Of a stretch of DNA of 64,000 nt, positions 26,794 to 37,365 are shown one piece after another. The position numbers were made by a program, and so were the translations under genes. This DNA comes from a virus. The stretch spans positions 1 to 64,000 of the IMG/VR virus record IMGVR_UViG_3300020462_000001; one strand, 5' to 3'. Every line of letters starts with the position of its first letter. The first letter of the stretch is position 1. A model generated the notes under the pieces. The model saw only the letters and a program-made list of their open reading frames with translations. It did no database searches and was not told where the DNA came from.

Positions 26794-27416
26794 ACCTGAA
26801 CCAGACGGTTGATGTACTGGTTGCTGTAGTGGGTTCTGTTTCCGTGGATACCCCAACCCAACCAGTAATAAGCTGAGTCCATATACCTTCCAACAGATAA
26901 ACCAGATGTCTTAAACACATGCTCAACATCTGTCCATTGACGTTCGTTCACCATATATCTTAATTGAGTTTCAATGTGTGTTGGGTCTCCACCATACTTC
27001 TTTGAGAAGTGACCTAAGCCATGATACCTATCAGAAGTTGTCCATTGAATCAAACCAAACCCACCACTATGGCAATGGTGATAAGGAACTCTTGCACCAC
27101 CCTCACAAATATTTGGGTGGAACTTAGATTCCTGTTTGATATTACCCATTATAACAGATAGAGCAACCTTATCATAGATTCCTCGTTCTTGGAGAAAGTC
27201 TAAAACAATTCTCTCATTATCTGAGCAATTCTTACAAACCCATTTACTTAGTTTGGGTTCTTCTGGGGTTTCTTGTTCAAGTTCCTCTTTTGATTCTTCT
27301 ACAATATGGATAGTTGTATCGATTTTAGAAGAAGGGGTTTCACTTACAGCTCCAGCGAAGAGAAGAGGTACTGTAACAATTCCTAGAATGTTCTTCATAT
27401 TTTTGTAATGTTTCAT
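26790..27416 (-). CDS. Phage tail-lysozyme-family muramidase with N-terminal signal/anchor
   Basis: IMGNIKQES, GFGLIQWT, R motifs; start moved downstream of promoter TTGACA-17-TATGAT (27421-27449). Confidence 0.85.
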   Translation of the reverse strand: MKHYKNMKNILGIVTVPLLFAGAVSETPSSKIDTTIHIVEESKEELEQETPEEPKLSKWVCKNCSDNERIVLDFLQERGIYDKVALSVIMGNIKQESKFHPNICEGGARVPYHHCHSGGFGLIQWTTSDRYHGLGHFSKKYGGDPTHIETQLRYMVNERQWTDVEHVFKTSGLSVGRYMDSAYYWLGWGIHGNRTHYSNQYINRLVQV

Positions 27417-27445
27417 GAGTATCATACCAGTCTCAACTTGATTTG

Positions 27446-27874
27446 TCAAGCACCAAAATAATCTTTTCTAAAATATCGGTTCATTATGTTTGAATTGTAG
27501 TATCTAGGAGTTCCATCCCCCATAGATTCCGTAAGCACATTGTTCTTGAATAGTGCTTCTGTTTCTGCAAAATTAGTCTTACCCTTTGTGAGGTGAAGAG
27601 ACAGAATCTCTCTACGGAACATCTCCTTCCCTAAGAGTTTCACATCCTCTTTCAACTCATCACAGGATCCATAATACTTTCTCCAATCAGACTCACCCCT
27701 TACCTTGCGTTTCTTACCCTTAGGCGTACGGAAAGTCCAGAAGTATTTACGTCCGATGTATTGACGCTGGGTGGAAAGGTTGGTAATGAGATAAACAAAG
27801 CCAAAGTTGTCCCGAACATCAGCCCCATTAAAATGTTGGTTATGATAAGTCCACGGGTTTTCATATTCACACAC
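27446..27874 (-). CDS. GIY-YIG family endonuclease
   Basis: GFVYLITN...YIGRK, YYGS, E...YN. Confidence 0.85.
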   Translation of the reverse strand: MCEYENPWTYHNQHFNGADVRDNFGFVYLITNLSTQRQYIGRKYFWTFRTPKGKKRKVRGESDWRKYYGSCDELKEDVKLLGKEMFRREILSLHLTKGKTNFAETEALFKNNVLTESMGDGTPRYYNSNIMNRYFRKDYFGA

Positions 27875-27897
27875 ATATTAATTACAGCTAATTTTAT

Positions 27898-28203
27898 TTA
27901 GTGATGCCAATCATCACCACCCTTCCACACATATTGTGATGTTTTTGGTAGTTCAATAGGGCAACACTCATAGCCATATTTCATTTTAACATTCTCAACC
28001 TGCTCATCAATTGGTAGGTCGAGTAAGTAGATAGGTCTCTCATAATACCACTCCATAAACATACGAAGTGTCCTATGGGCCAAACTACAAAAAAGTGGCC
28101 TGAGACTATCAGACCACTTCTTATACGACAAGAGATACCCGTTATAAGGGTATCTACCTCTTATCTCAGAGTTTAAAGTTGCTGAAAGAGTCGCCTTGTA
28201 CAT
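27898..28203 (-). CDS. Hypothetical protein (start uncertain)
   Basis: Fills the gap after nrdB; partial overlap. Confidence 0.5.
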   Translation of the reverse strand: MYKATLSATLNSEIRGRYPYNGYLLSYKKWSDSLRPLFCSLAHRTLRMFMEWYYERPIYLLDLPIDEQVENVKMKYGYECCPIELPKTSQYVWKGGDDWHH

Positions 28204-29359
28204 CCTGTTTGATTCCTCCAACAACATAAGATTCGACTTCGGTTTCCTGTGGAGCCACTTGAAGACCCTTCGATGAGATCCAATGTTGGGTCCAAGGAAG
28301 TGGGTTGTTCTTAGCAGCGATATCGTAGACCGGCTTCAATCCTATACTCTTCATACGACGATTGGCAATCCACTCAACATATTGTTGCAATAGGGTGTCG
28401 TTCAGACCGATCATAGATCCATCTTGGAAGAGGTAATCAGCCCAAGCCTTCTCCTCATTCACAGCTCTATCGAACATTGCATAGACCCACTCCTCTTCTT
28501 CTTTGGCAATCTGTTTCATTACAGGATCATCACCACTCTTCCACTTATTCAAGATATTTTGCGTGATTGCAAGATGTTGATTCTCGTCACGGGCAATAAG
28601 GGAAATGATCTTCGCCGACCCTTCCATGAGTTTGAGCTCGCCGAAAGCAAAAGAACAAGCAAAAGAGACATAGAAACGAATGCCTTCCAAGATGTTGACA
28701 TTGGCAACAGCTCTGTAAAGTTTACGTTTGACTTCTTTAATCTCATAGGCAGTTGTTGGGGATCCTTTAAAGTCACTGTGCCACATCTCACCAGTTCCCC
28801 ACAATTGTGCTGTGTTGATGAAGTCATCATATGACTCTGTAACACTCCTGGCACGATCTAGGATCTTCTGATCTGTGACAATTTTATCCAACACTTCAGC
28901 AGGGTTGGAATAGATGTTCTTGATGATGTAGGTATAGGAACGACTATGGATCATCTCCATGAATCCCCATACTTCCATACAGGCTTCTAGTTCAGGTAGG
29001 CTGCAGTAAGGAATAAAAGCCATCCCAGGACCACGCCCTTGTATGGAGTCAAGCATAATCTGATACTTGAGGTTGCTTGTATAGATATGCCTTTGTTCTG
29101 GACGAAGCGAGTGATAATCTCCACGATCTTTCTGTAACGATACTTCTTCTGGTCTCCAAAAGTATCCTAATTGTTGAGTTGTAAGTTTCTCAAATACAGG
29201 ATACTTATAGGAATCATACCTCTGGACTCCCAGAGGCTTTCCAAAAAACATTGGTTGTTTCTTATAATCATGTACTTCAGTATTAAATACTGTCATTCCT
29301 TTCACATCATTCATATTATTACCGTTTACTGGTGAGACTTTAAACTGCACAGCTGTCAC
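28166..29359 (-). CDS. nrdB: Ribonucleotide reductase class Ia beta subunit
   Basis: FWRPEE, EMIHSRSY, LEGIRFYVSFAC, RDENQH, VAPQETE. Confidence 0.98.
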   Translation of the reverse strand: MTAVQFKVSPVNGNNMNDVKGMTVFNTEVHDYKKQPMFFGKPLGVQRYDSYKYPVFEKLTTQQLGYFWRPEEVSLQKDRGDYHSLRPEQRHIYTSNLKYQIMLDSIQGRGPGMAFIPYCSLPELEACMEVWGFMEMIHSRSYTYIIKNIYSNPAEVLDKIVTDQKILDRARSVTESYDDFINTAQLWGTGEMWHSDFKGSPTTAYEIKEVKRKLYRAVANVNILEGIRFYVSFACSFAFGELKLMEGSAKIISLIARDENQHLAITQNILNKWKSGDDPVMKQIAKEEEEWVYAMFDRAVNEEKAWADYLFQDGSMIGLNDTLLQQYVEWIANRRMKSIGLKPVYDIAAKNNPLPWTQHWISSKGLQVAPQETEVESYVVGGIKQDVQGDSFSNFKL

Positions 29360-31643
29360 ACTCTCCTTCCTCTATGTTTGATAGTTCTTGTAACAATGAT
29401 TCTACTTCAGATTTAGTTGAATCTTCAACCTCATCAGTCTTATTGTCATAAGTGTTCTGATAATATGAAGTTTTCCAACCATACTTATATGTAGTTAGGA
29501 AATCATTTGCCATTACAGATACCGGTACTTCATTATCAGGATAGTCTTCTGGATTATAACTCCAGTTACCACTGATAGCCTGATCAAAGAACTTCTGCAT
29601 CACAGCAACCACATTGATGTATCCTGTATTACCTTTCATCTCCCAAAGAAGTGTGTAGTTATTCTTGAGAGTGTTGTAGGAAGGTACAACTTGCTTGAGT
29701 GGTCCTTTCTTTGACTTCTTAATAGACAAGAAGTCACGGGGTGGTTCAATGCCATTGGTTGCATTTGATACCACAGAACTACTCTCTGAAGGCATCTGTG
29801 CTGATAGAGTACTATGTCTCAATCCATAAGCCTTAATCTGTTCTCTCAACTCTTCCCAATCATGTTGAAGAGGTTCTGAACTAATCTCATCTACATCTCT
29901 CTTATATGTGTCAATTGGAAGGATACCATCAGCATACTTCGTTCTACCAAAGTAATCACAATGTCCCTTCTCTTTAGCAATCTGATTAGAAGATCTCAAC
30001 AGGTAATACTGGAACGACTCTGTGAGTTTATGTACAGCATCCCATGCTTCTTGTGAATCGTATCTAACACCAAGTTTGGCAAGGTAGTGAGCCAAACCAA
30101 TAAAACCTATACCAAGTGATCTACGAGCCTTTGTGGCCTCTTCTGCGACCCTTACAGGATACTCCTGATAATCAATCAGTTCTTCCAATCCTCTGACCGC
30201 AAGATCACATAGGTCTTCCAATTCACTATCATTGTGGATTTTACCAATGTTGATAGCTGAAAGGATACAAAGAGCAATCTCAGAAGGCATCCCATCATCA
30301 ATATGTTGAATAGGATCCGTAGGAAGTGTGATCTCTTGACACAAGTTACTCATATTCACCTTGTCTTTGAAGGAAGAGTGAGAGTTACAATGGTCAATGT
30401 TCATGATATAGATTCGACCAGTCTCTGCTCTCTCTTTCAGTAGGTCGAGGATCAGTTCTTGTGCCTTGACAGTCTTTCTTGGAATAGACTCATTCTGTTC
30501 ATAACCCACATACAGCTCATCAAATCTATCAGTGCCAAAAGCATCATAGAGGTTCGGCGTATCGTGCGGTGAGAAGAGGCTAATCTCTCCATTCGTGATG
30601 AAACGTTCGTAGAAAAGTTTTGAAATTTGGATTGAGTAGTCAAGTTTCCTCACTCGATTGTCTTCTGTACCCTTGTTGTTCTTCAGTACGATGATGTCTT
30701 GGATTTCTGCGTGCCAGATGGGGAAGTGGACTGTTGCTGATCCACCACGAATCCCATTCTGCGTGCAACATCGTACAGTTGATTCAAACTTTTTAAGGAA
30801 AGGAACAACACCAGTGTGCTGAACTTCTCCGCCTCTGATCTTACTGTTGATTCCACGGATTCTTCCAGCGTTGATACCGATTCCTGACCTTTGCGCCACA
30901 TAACGGCCAATGGCCATGTCAGAAGCAAAAATACTATCCAAGGAATCGTCAACGTCAACCAAAACACAGGACGCAAATTGACGGAGGGGGGTTCGAACCC
31001 CTGCCATGATTGGTGTTGGGATGTTGATTTTGTGCTTTGAGATTGCGTCGTAGTACCTCTTGACATATGATAATCTTGTTTCCTTAGGATAGTTCTGGAA
31101 CATGGTCAACGCAATCATCATGTACATGAATTGCGGGGTCTCATATACCTCACTTGTACTTCTATCTTGCACTAGGTATTTATCCACAACCTGTCGCAAT
31201 CCAGCATATGTAAACAGGAAATCACGATCATGATCAATGAATAACTCTGCTTTCAGAATCTCTTCCAGAGAATACTTATCAAAGATACTCTTATCATACT
31301 GATGATCATATGCCAGTTTAGTAATATGATCTACCAGTGTAGGGAGTTCTCTTCTTCCACCATACAATGATTTCCTCAAAGAAAAGAGTAAAAGTCTAGC
31401 TGCCACAAACTGATAGTTAGGGTGATCCAAATCAATCAAATCACTGGCACTTTTGATAAGGATCTCTTGGATTTCAGAGGTACTAATACCATCATAAAAC
31501 TGAATCCCTGATGTCATCTCCACTTGACTTGCAGAAACACCTGCTAGTCCATCACACGCCTCTTCTACCATCAGGTGCATCTTATCAAGATCGAGAGATT
31601 CAACTCTTCCATCTCTCTTCTGTACCTTTGTGCCGTTGCTCAT
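29340..31643 (-). CDS. nrdA: Ribonucleotide reductase class Ia alpha subunit
   Basis: ATP cone KRDG, SCVL, SNLCQEI, MPSESS, C-terminal CDSC. Confidence 0.98.
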   Translation of the reverse strand: MSNGTKVQKRDGRVESLDLDKMHLMVEEACDGLAGVSASQVEMTSGIQFYDGISTSEIQEILIKSASDLIDLDHPNYQFVAARLLLFSLRKSLYGGRRELPTLVDHITKLAYDHQYDKSIFDKYSLEEILKAELFIDHDRDFLFTYAGLRQVVDKYLVQDRSTSEVYETPQFMYMMIALTMFQNYPKETRLSYVKRYYDAISKHKINIPTPIMAGVRTPLRQFASCVLVDVDDSLDSIFASDMAIGRYVAQRSGIGINAGRIRGINSKIRGGEVQHTGVVPFLKKFESTVRCCTQNGIRGGSATVHFPIWHAEIQDIIVLKNNKGTEDNRVRKLDYSIQISKLFYERFITNGEISLFSPHDTPNLYDAFGTDRFDELYVGYEQNESIPRKTVKAQELILDLLKERAETGRIYIMNIDHCNSHSSFKDKVNMSNLCQEITLPTDPIQHIDDGMPSEIALCILSAINIGKIHNDSELEDLCDLAVRGLEELIDYQEYPVRVAEEATKARRSLGIGFIGLAHYLAKLGVRYDSQEAWDAVHKLTESFQYYLLRSSNQIAKEKGHCDYFGRTKYADGILPIDTYKRDVDEISSEPLQHDWEELREQIKAYGLRHSTLSAQMPSESSSVVSNATNGIEPPRDFLSIKKSKKGPLKQVVPSYNTLKNNYTLLWEMKGNTGYINVVAVMQKFFDQAISGNWSYNPEDYPDNEVPVSVMANDFLTTYKYGWKTSYYQNTYDNKTDEVEDSTKSEVESLLQELSNIEEGECDSCAV

Positions 31644-32632
31644 ATCTTTTTCCAAGTAGTGAATTTTAGTTTTGCTTGTAGTCCTTGATAAGTATTCGAT
31701 TTTATGATAACTTCAACATCATGTCCACCCAAAACCATATCATTGATATCTTTCTGAGTAACATTAGAAGGCCAGATAACTATTTTATCTCCTCTCTCAA
31801 TAGTATTTGAGATACGGGATACGATTTCTGAATTTCTTGGTTCATTATCATATACCCAAACTGGATTAGTTATTTTCAATCCATCAGTATCAACATCAGC
31901 TCCACACATAGCAATTGAGTTATCAACGAATGTGGAATCAAATGGACCTTCAATGATATAAACGTTCTGTTCTCTATCAATTGTATCCAATCCATAAATC
32001 TTAGGAGCTTCCTCATCAATCATTATGGTTAAGTATTTAACAGGGTTTGAAGAGAGGGCTCTGCCCTGAACTCCTATCAATTCTTCATCCTTAATAAGAG
32101 GAATTACAATCCTCTGTTCACCATATTTTGTGTTCTCAAATGATCCTGGTTTAATCTCATTAACAAACTCTTGGAAGTTCTCTGCATAATAAAACTTCCC
32201 ATCAATGATGGCTCTTGATTCCAAGTAGTGCTTGGATTTATCTACACTGAAAGCAGAAGGGAGATTCAATTCAATCTTCTTTTTGAATTCAGGTTTAGAT
32301 GTTTTCAAAGTAGAGAATATATCTTTTGGCGATTCAGCAGTAAAGTTCTTACCACTCTTACCTTGTTTGAACTTCTCAAAGATATATTGTTTATGAGTTT
32401 GAGGGTCAATATCTTTTAAAAAATTATTTAAAGATATATTTACTCCACAGTTATGGCATTTATAATTGGTATTATTTTTAATTTGATAAAAATATCCACG
32501 AGCCTTACTTTTGTTCTTCTGAGAATCACCACAGATTGGACAACGGCAGTTATACAAATTGGGCTTTACTTTCTTGAACCTTTGAAGTCTGGATGATATC
32601 AAATTGATGTACTTAACATCAATAAAATCCAT
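31640..32632 (-). CDS. g61: DNA primase gp61
   Basis: CPICGDS...CHNC zinc finger; EGPFDS, DNEPRN TOPRIM. Confidence 0.96.
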   Translation of the reverse strand: MDFIDVKYINLISSRLQRFKKVKPNLYNCRCPICGDSQKNKSKARGYFYQIKNNTNYKCHNCGVNISLNNFLKDIDPQTHKQYIFEKFKQGKSGKNFTAESPKDIFSTLKTSKPEFKKKIELNLPSAFSVDKSKHYLESRAIIDGKFYYAENFQEFVNEIKPGSFENTKYGEQRIVIPLIKDEELIGVQGRALSSNPVKYLTIMIDEEAPKIYGLDTIDREQNVYIIEGPFDSTFVDNSIAMCGADVDTDGLKITNPVWVYDNEPRNSEIVSRISNTIERGDKIVIWPSNVTQKDINDMVLGGHDVEVIIKSNTYQGLQAKLKFTTWKKI

Positions 32633-32633
32633 G

Positions 32634-33002
32634 TTACCTGGAGTAGCTAGTCTTTATTATATCAGTTTCCTGCTGAAAGGTCAACACTGGGGAGTTAAAA
32701 ATAAAGCTAAGAGCAGCAACAATCCCTATACCAACCCAGACCTTTCTCTCAAGACCTTGCAGTCTTGCTACTACTCCTTTGTGGTCTTGATCCATTTTGT
32801 CTCGGAGTTGATCGATCTTTGTGAACAACACTATATCAACTTCTTCTTGTTTTGATATGCGTTCTTCATGAACAGCCAACATCCTACTGACTGCTGTATT
32901 CACTTCACTCAACTTCTCAATGGTAGCATCAAGTTTTATTATTATTGGCCTAAGATCTTCTATCTTTTGTTCTAAAATAGCCACTTTAACTTGATCATCC
33001 AT
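32634..33002 (-). CDS. Coiled-coil protein with C-terminal TM helix
   Basis: IEKLSEVN...MLAVHEERI; VWVGIGIVAALSFIF. Confidence 0.8.
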   Translation of the reverse strand: MDDQVKVAILEQKIEDLRPIIIKLDATIEKLSEVNTAVSRMLAVHEERISKQEEVDIVLFTKIDQLRDKMDQDHKGVVARLQGLERKVWVGIGIVAALSFIFNSPVLTFQQETDIIKTSYSR

Positions 33003-33201
33003 TCTTCGGCTTCCAGTTCTTTCTCAATCCTCGTTGATAGATATATCTCTTTTTTGGTTTACCCATAAGAGGATCAAATCCTGCTGTTGGACCTTTAGCA
33101 TCAGCCTTGCCACTGAATCCTGGTTTACTAGCGGTGCTACCGGTAGTCATCATCTCTTCTCTGATGAAATCAATAATTCTATTAAGCTTACTATTATGCA
33201 T
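32995..33201 (-). CDS. Small basic protein, probable head-internal
   Basis: IIDFIREE propeptide-like N-terminus, AGFDP motif. Confidence 0.75.
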   Translation of the reverse strand: MHNSKLNRIIDFIREEMMTTGSTASKPGFSGKADAKGPTAGFDPLMGKPKKRYIYQRGLRKNWKPKNG

Positions 33202-33574
33202 CAGAGATTCTCTCCAATTCCTTAATACAGTGTTCGTCTGATTCTAATTCATGAACATATGACCTTGGATATTCTGGAAGTCTATCCAAAAACTCTACGA
33301 ATGATTTAACGCAAGGCCAGAGATTACTATCAATTTTGAAGAACAACATTGGCGTTGTTGCATCTCCAAAGATATTATAGAGAATAATAAAATGATTGAT
33401 TAAAAGATGAACCTTTAAATCCCCTCCACTCTTATACTTTTTGAGCAGACGTTTAATATACCTGAAGTGGTTAAGATCTTTTTCAAAATCATCGACCGTA
33501 ACCGCTTCAGGATTTTCATAATTTTTAATAGCGAATATCAGAAAGTTATCTGAATTCAATTCATTAATGATCAT
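33194..33574 (-). CDS. Conserved T4-like hypothetical protein
   Basis: FAIKNYENP...F..DL..F.YIKRL...LLINH. Confidence 0.85.
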   Translation of the reverse strand: MIINELNSDNFLIFAIKNYENPEAVTVDDFEKDLNHFRYIKRLLKKYKSGGDLKVHLLINHFIILYNIFGDATTPMLFFKIDSNLWPCVKSFVEFLDRLPEYPRSYVHELESDEHCIKELERISDA

Positions 33575-33583
33575 GTTATCTCA

Positions 33584-34090
33584 TCAAGGAGTAGGATAAT
33601 CAGTACCACCAGTGGTGATTCCTGACATAGCTACAAGAGTTTCTTTCTTGACTCTAAGTTCACCTGAACTATCGTTGTATGTGGTAACACCAACCCAACC
33701 TTCGTGAGTCACTTCATATGAAGTTGCAACTGCGGCATTGCCAACACCATACACAAATGAATCACCGGAAGGTGAACCTTTCTCAGAATAAGTAGAATCC
33801 AAAATAGATGATTTTGGAAGTTGCGATACACCGAAAGCAGCTCCAGAAATTGCTGCCCCACTCAATCCAGCGGTAGAACCGATAGTACAAGAAGTGGCAC
33901 TTGCGATACTTACAATCACAGCGTCACCAAAGTAAGTACCACTCTTTGCCCCAAAACGAATAACGTCGCCTTCTTGAGCAGATCCAGTTTGTCCGAAAGA
34001 AGTGCCTGTTCCAGTAACAACGCCCGTACCATAATCGAGGACGACGGTACCCACACTATCTACGTTATCATTGTTTCCCCAAAGTGCCAT
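33584..34090 (-). CDS. Virion structural protein
   Basis: MALWGNND, HEGWVG, RVKKETLVAMS; TATAAATA late promoter at 34125-34132. Confidence 0.8.
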   Translation of the reverse strand: MALWGNNDNVDSVGTVVLDYGTGVVTGTGTSFGQTGSAQEGDVIRFGAKSGTYFGDAVIVSIASATSCTIGSTAGLSGAAISGAAFGVSQLPKSSILDSTYSEKGSPSGDSFVYGVGNAAVATSYEVTHEGWVGVTTYNDSSGELRVKKETLVAMSGITTGGTDYPTP

Positions 34091-34161
34091 GTCTTTGTCC
34101 TAGTAAAATTGTTATGCTAGTAAATATTTATAAAAAAAGGGAGACCTATGTCTCCCCACAA

Positions 34162-34362
34162 TCACTCTTCTCTATTTTTGATAGCCTTAGCTACTACCTC
34201 AAGAAGTTGATCGTCCATATCGGTCTTAGTCAACTTAACTGCCTTAGCAAGAATAACAAGGCAGATCTCAACCATTTTCTCACCGAGTTCTTCGTTTTCT
34301 GGAATCTTCGCAACAGCATCACTGACAATTTTCGATGCAAGTGGTAAAAGGAATGCAAGCAT
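34162..34362 (-). CDS. Small conserved protein
   Basis: MLAFLLPLASK...AVKLTKTDMDDQLL; followed by terminator 34132-34157. Confidence 0.8.
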   Translation of the reverse strand: MLAFLLPLASKIVSDAVAKIPENEELGEKMVEICLVILAKAVKLTKTDMDDQLLEVVAKAIKNREE

Positions 34363-34393
34363 GGTTATAGTGTATAACTACACTATATATGAT

Positions 34394-34582
34394 TTAATCT
34401 TTGTTAGAGACCCACTTCTTCTTATTCTTGTCATAGGTCTTCACTTCACCTGGTCTCAGAGAGTCTTTTTGGTATTGAGCAAAACTCTTCTTACCATATC
34501 TCATTCTGTCATCTTGTTCTTTGTGTCTTCTTTTCTCATCTTCAAGTCTTTTTTCATACTTGGCATCGTAAGCTTCATACAT
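34394..34582 (-). CDS. Small basic hypothetical protein
   Basis: LRPGEVK...KWVSNK; TAATG overlap. Confidence 0.75.
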   Translation of the reverse strand: MYEAYDAKYEKRLEDEKRRHKEQDDRMRYGKKSFAQYQKDSLRPGEVKTYDKNKKKWVSNKD

Positions 34583-35355
34583 TAGTCTGACTCTCCTACT
34601 CTTGATTTGTATGGATTTGGTTTCTTGTGCATAGCAGAGATTTTAGCTCTAGCCTTTGCATGTTTTTCTTTCTCAGATGCCTTTTCGTCAGGTGTCATTG
34701 CCTTACGTTTCTTGAAGTATTCTTGAGATACTTTCATCTGATCCTCAACACTCGTTCCCTCTTTTTTGATAGAAGGAGCCATCACTTTCATATGAGAATC
34801 ATACTTCACATCAGTTTTCTTGGCTGGTTTGGCATCCTTAATAGAAGGTGCACCAGTCATATCAGCCTCATCGAGCTCATACATCTCAACCACAACCGCA
34901 CCAATCTCTTCAAAGGCTTCAGTTACACCTTGAGGAGGATTGATTCTGATTTTGTTCTTTATATTCTTCTCTTTAATCTTACCTTTTTGATCTTTCTTAT
35001 CCTCCGATGAATCATCTGGAGATGAATCGGTTTTCTCTTCCTTATCCTCAACATCAACAACTTCACGGAGATCCGTTCTCCAATTAGAGTAGTTCTCTTT
35101 TACTTTCTTCTTCTCTTTCTTCTTCTCTACTGGAGAACAAGGAACACCTTCAACCTCACAATGACCTTCGTTTACCTTCTTACTGGGGTTCTGTTTGTTG
35201 TATTGTTTGACAGCTCTCTTATGAATGTCATAACCAACATCACCCTTGGGCATTGAATCGGAACGTTCCTCTTCTTTCTTTTCCTTCTTCTTATCACAAC
35301 CTTCACCAATACTCTGGTTGTAGATTGCAGACAGCTCGTTAAGAGGGATACTCAT
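34582..35355 (-). CDS. Highly charged probable head-internal polyprotein
   Basis: Many hydrophobic/K-x-E|G/A/N sites; CATAAATA late promoter at 35381-35388. Confidence 0.7.
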   Translation of the reverse strand: MSIPLNELSAIYNQSIGEGCDKKKEKKEEERSDSMPKGDVGYDIHKRAVKQYNKQNPSKKVNEGHCEVEGVPCSPVEKKKEKKKVKENYSNWRTDLREVVDVEDKEEKTDSSPDDSSEDKKDQKGKIKEKNIKNKIRINPPQGVTEAFEEIGAVVVEMYELDEADMTGAPSIKDAKPAKKTDVKYDSHMKVMAPSIKKEGTSVEDQMKVSQEYFKKRKAMTPDEKASEKEKHAKARAKISAMHKKPNPYKSRVGESD

Positions 35356-35363
35356 TTCTCTAA

Positions 35364-36629
35364 CTACTTTTTCTTATTCTTATTTATGAAACTCTTAATA
35401 TCATAACCCTTATATGGCTTTGCACCATCTTGAAGGTTAGTAGGTTCACCCTTCTCAAAACCAGGAGTTAGTTTTGCAATTCTCTTGAAGTTACCAGAAG
35501 TTCCAACCAAAGTATTTGGATGAGACTTATCTCTCATCTCACTATCCATCTTAACTTCAGTATATTCTTTAAGATCTTTCACCCAAGACTTGAACATAAT
35601 ATTATCTTCTGTTACACAGATGAGGTAGTTAGTTCCTCTACGAACAATTTTACCTACTAATCCAGTGTTCAGGTTCTCAACTAAAGTATTCAAGTTGAAA
35701 ATCTTTTTAGTTACATAGTTCTCACGAAGATTTCTCCAGTCAAACTTAGGTGCAATCTCCCAGAGACTCCACGATTCTGTCGTAACTTTCATTGCCTTAC
35801 GAACAGTATTCATGATAGACTTCGCTGTCTTATCATCTACAGTGTCTGGAATACCAGTCCTAAACGTCTCAAAATCATTCTCTGATGCTGCCTTTCTCAT
35901 CTTAGATGCAGACATTCCTTCTACACCTTCACCTTCTGCATCTCTCTCACCAGCTGAAATGGTTTCAATGTTTCCAAAGTCATACAACTTACCATTGTAT
36001 TTCTGAGCCAAACTATCAAACTCAGATACTCTATCAGATCCAACTACGATCTGAACATCAGAATATCCTTCTGCATCTGCTGACTTGAGAGCATCAAATA
36101 CAGTAACAATCCCTTCATCATTGATGATATCATCAGCATGATCAGGGAACATCTGTTTCATCAAAGAAGTCTTTTGATTAGGATCAAGTGGATTCTTCTT
36201 AGGATCAAATGATCTGGAAGGATAGATTTTCAAATCACCCTTAGCAACAGACCTCGCTTGATCTAATAACTTCTGATGACCAACAGTTGGTGGATTGAAC
36301 CTACCAAATACTATTGTCAACGTCTCTCCACTTCTATCTCCACCCGATTCTTCTTCACCACTACCAGCTGGTGTCTCTTCTTCTGAGGATGATCTCTTAC
36401 TTGCACCCTCATCATCACTTTTAACTACTCTTTGTATACCACTTTCTTCCTGACCACCAGTTGACTTCCTATCAGTGAACACAAGTTCCCCACCTTGTGT
36501 TCTTGCTTTAACATTTCCACCACGATCTACCCAGTTACCACTACCATCAGAAGTAAGACCCAACTTTCTTGCTTTCTCTGATGCTCTTGTGACTCTCGCT
36601 TCTGATAAAAAATTAAAGAAGTCTTTCAT
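35364..36629 (-). CDS. HIGH-family nucleotidyltransferase (cyanophage 'cytidyltransferase') with CTS-like N-terminus
   Basis: MKDFFNFLSE|A; FGRFNPPTVGH, VVGSDR, SAGERD, MSASKMR; GATAAATA at 36652-36659. Confidence 0.88.
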   Translation of the reverse strand: MKDFFNFLSEARVTRASEKARKLGLTSDGSGNWVDRGGNVKARTQGGELVFTDRKSTGGQEESGIQRVVKSDDEGASKRSSSEEETPAGSGEEESGGDRSGETLTIVFGRFNPPTVGHQKLLDQARSVAKGDLKIYPSRSFDPKKNPLDPNQKTSLMKQMFPDHADDIINDEGIVTVFDALKSADAEGYSDVQIVVGSDRVSEFDSLAQKYNGKLYDFGNIETISAGERDAEGEGVEGMSASKMRKAASENDFETFRTGIPDTVDDKTAKSIMNTVRKAMKVTTESWSLWEIAPKFDWRNLRENYVTKKIFNLNTLVENLNTGLVGKIVRRGTNYLICVTEDNIMFKSWVKDLKEYTEVKMDSEMRDKSHPNTLVGTSGNFKRIAKLTPGFEKGEPTNLQDGAKPYKGYDIKSFINKNKKK

Positions 36630-36657
36630 TTGACAATATTATCCATAGAAGTATTTA

Positions 36658-37350
36658 TCAGACAAAATGTTTTCTGAGTTTACCCATAGATTTCTTCTCA
36701 ATAAGGTGAATCATAGCGTAACTTACACCAAAGATCTTACCACATTCTCGTTGTGATTTGGCATAGAAACCATCAAGACCATAACGATGACACATAACAC
36801 TATACTCACGTTCTGTGAGAACTTCTTTCATTTGATCCTTGACAATCTCTAACTCACAATCAAGTTCAGTGTAGTATTCATCAGATACCAAGTCCTCAAG
36901 AGTAGAGTTGTCACCAATTGACCTATTGAGAGACATCACAAAAGGAAGAGAGTTCTTGAGTTTAAGATGTTCTTCTGGATTACTCTTCTCCAACTTACGA
37001 AGCTTCTCTTTTACATGGGAAGGAATACGAACTTTACCATGATTATTGGTGTGAAACTTACTCACATAACAATAGATCCAATAGTAGGAATAGGTGGAGA
37101 ACCTACAACCTTCTTTCGGATCAAACTTACGAATTGCTTTCAGTAACCCAATCACACCCTCTTGGAACATATCCTCAAAAGAATATTGTTCATTCCTACA
37201 ATACATCTTCTTGGTAACTTTACTTACCAGACCAAGATTATGCGTAACCATCCTCTCCAAAGATCGATCACATCCTTGTTGTGCTTCCTTACACAGTTCA
37301 ATTTCTTCAACGTGGGAAAGTCGTTTGGTCTTCATTAAGGGGATCAACAT
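36658..37350 (-). CDS. sigma70-family RNA polymerase sigma factor (RpoD/RpoS-like regions 2-4)
   Basis: HNLGLV, DMFQEGVIGL, KFDPKEGCRFSTY, VRIPSH, SLN, LTERE...RYGL. Confidence 0.92.
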   Translation of the reverse strand: MLIPLMKTKRLSHVEEIELCKEAQQGCDRSLERMVTHNLGLVSKVTKKMYCRNEQYSFEDMFQEGVIGLLKAIRKFDPKEGCRFSTYSYYWIYCYVSKFHTNNHGKVRIPSHVKEKLRKLEKSNPEEHLKLKNSLPFVMSLNRSIGDNSTLEDLVSDEYYTELDCELEIVKDQMKEVLTEREYSVMCHRYGLDGFYAKSQRECGKIFGVSYAMIHLIEKKSMGKLRKHFV

Positions 37351-37365
37351 GTTTACTATACTAAT

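Noticed and set aside
27446-27874. Mobile homing endonuclease
   Set aside because: Short GIY-YIG domain with no DNA-binding extension; looks like the conserved nrdB-adjacent nuclease
28166-31643. Introns or inteins in nrdA/nrdB
   Set aside because: Both ORFs are continuous and of normal length
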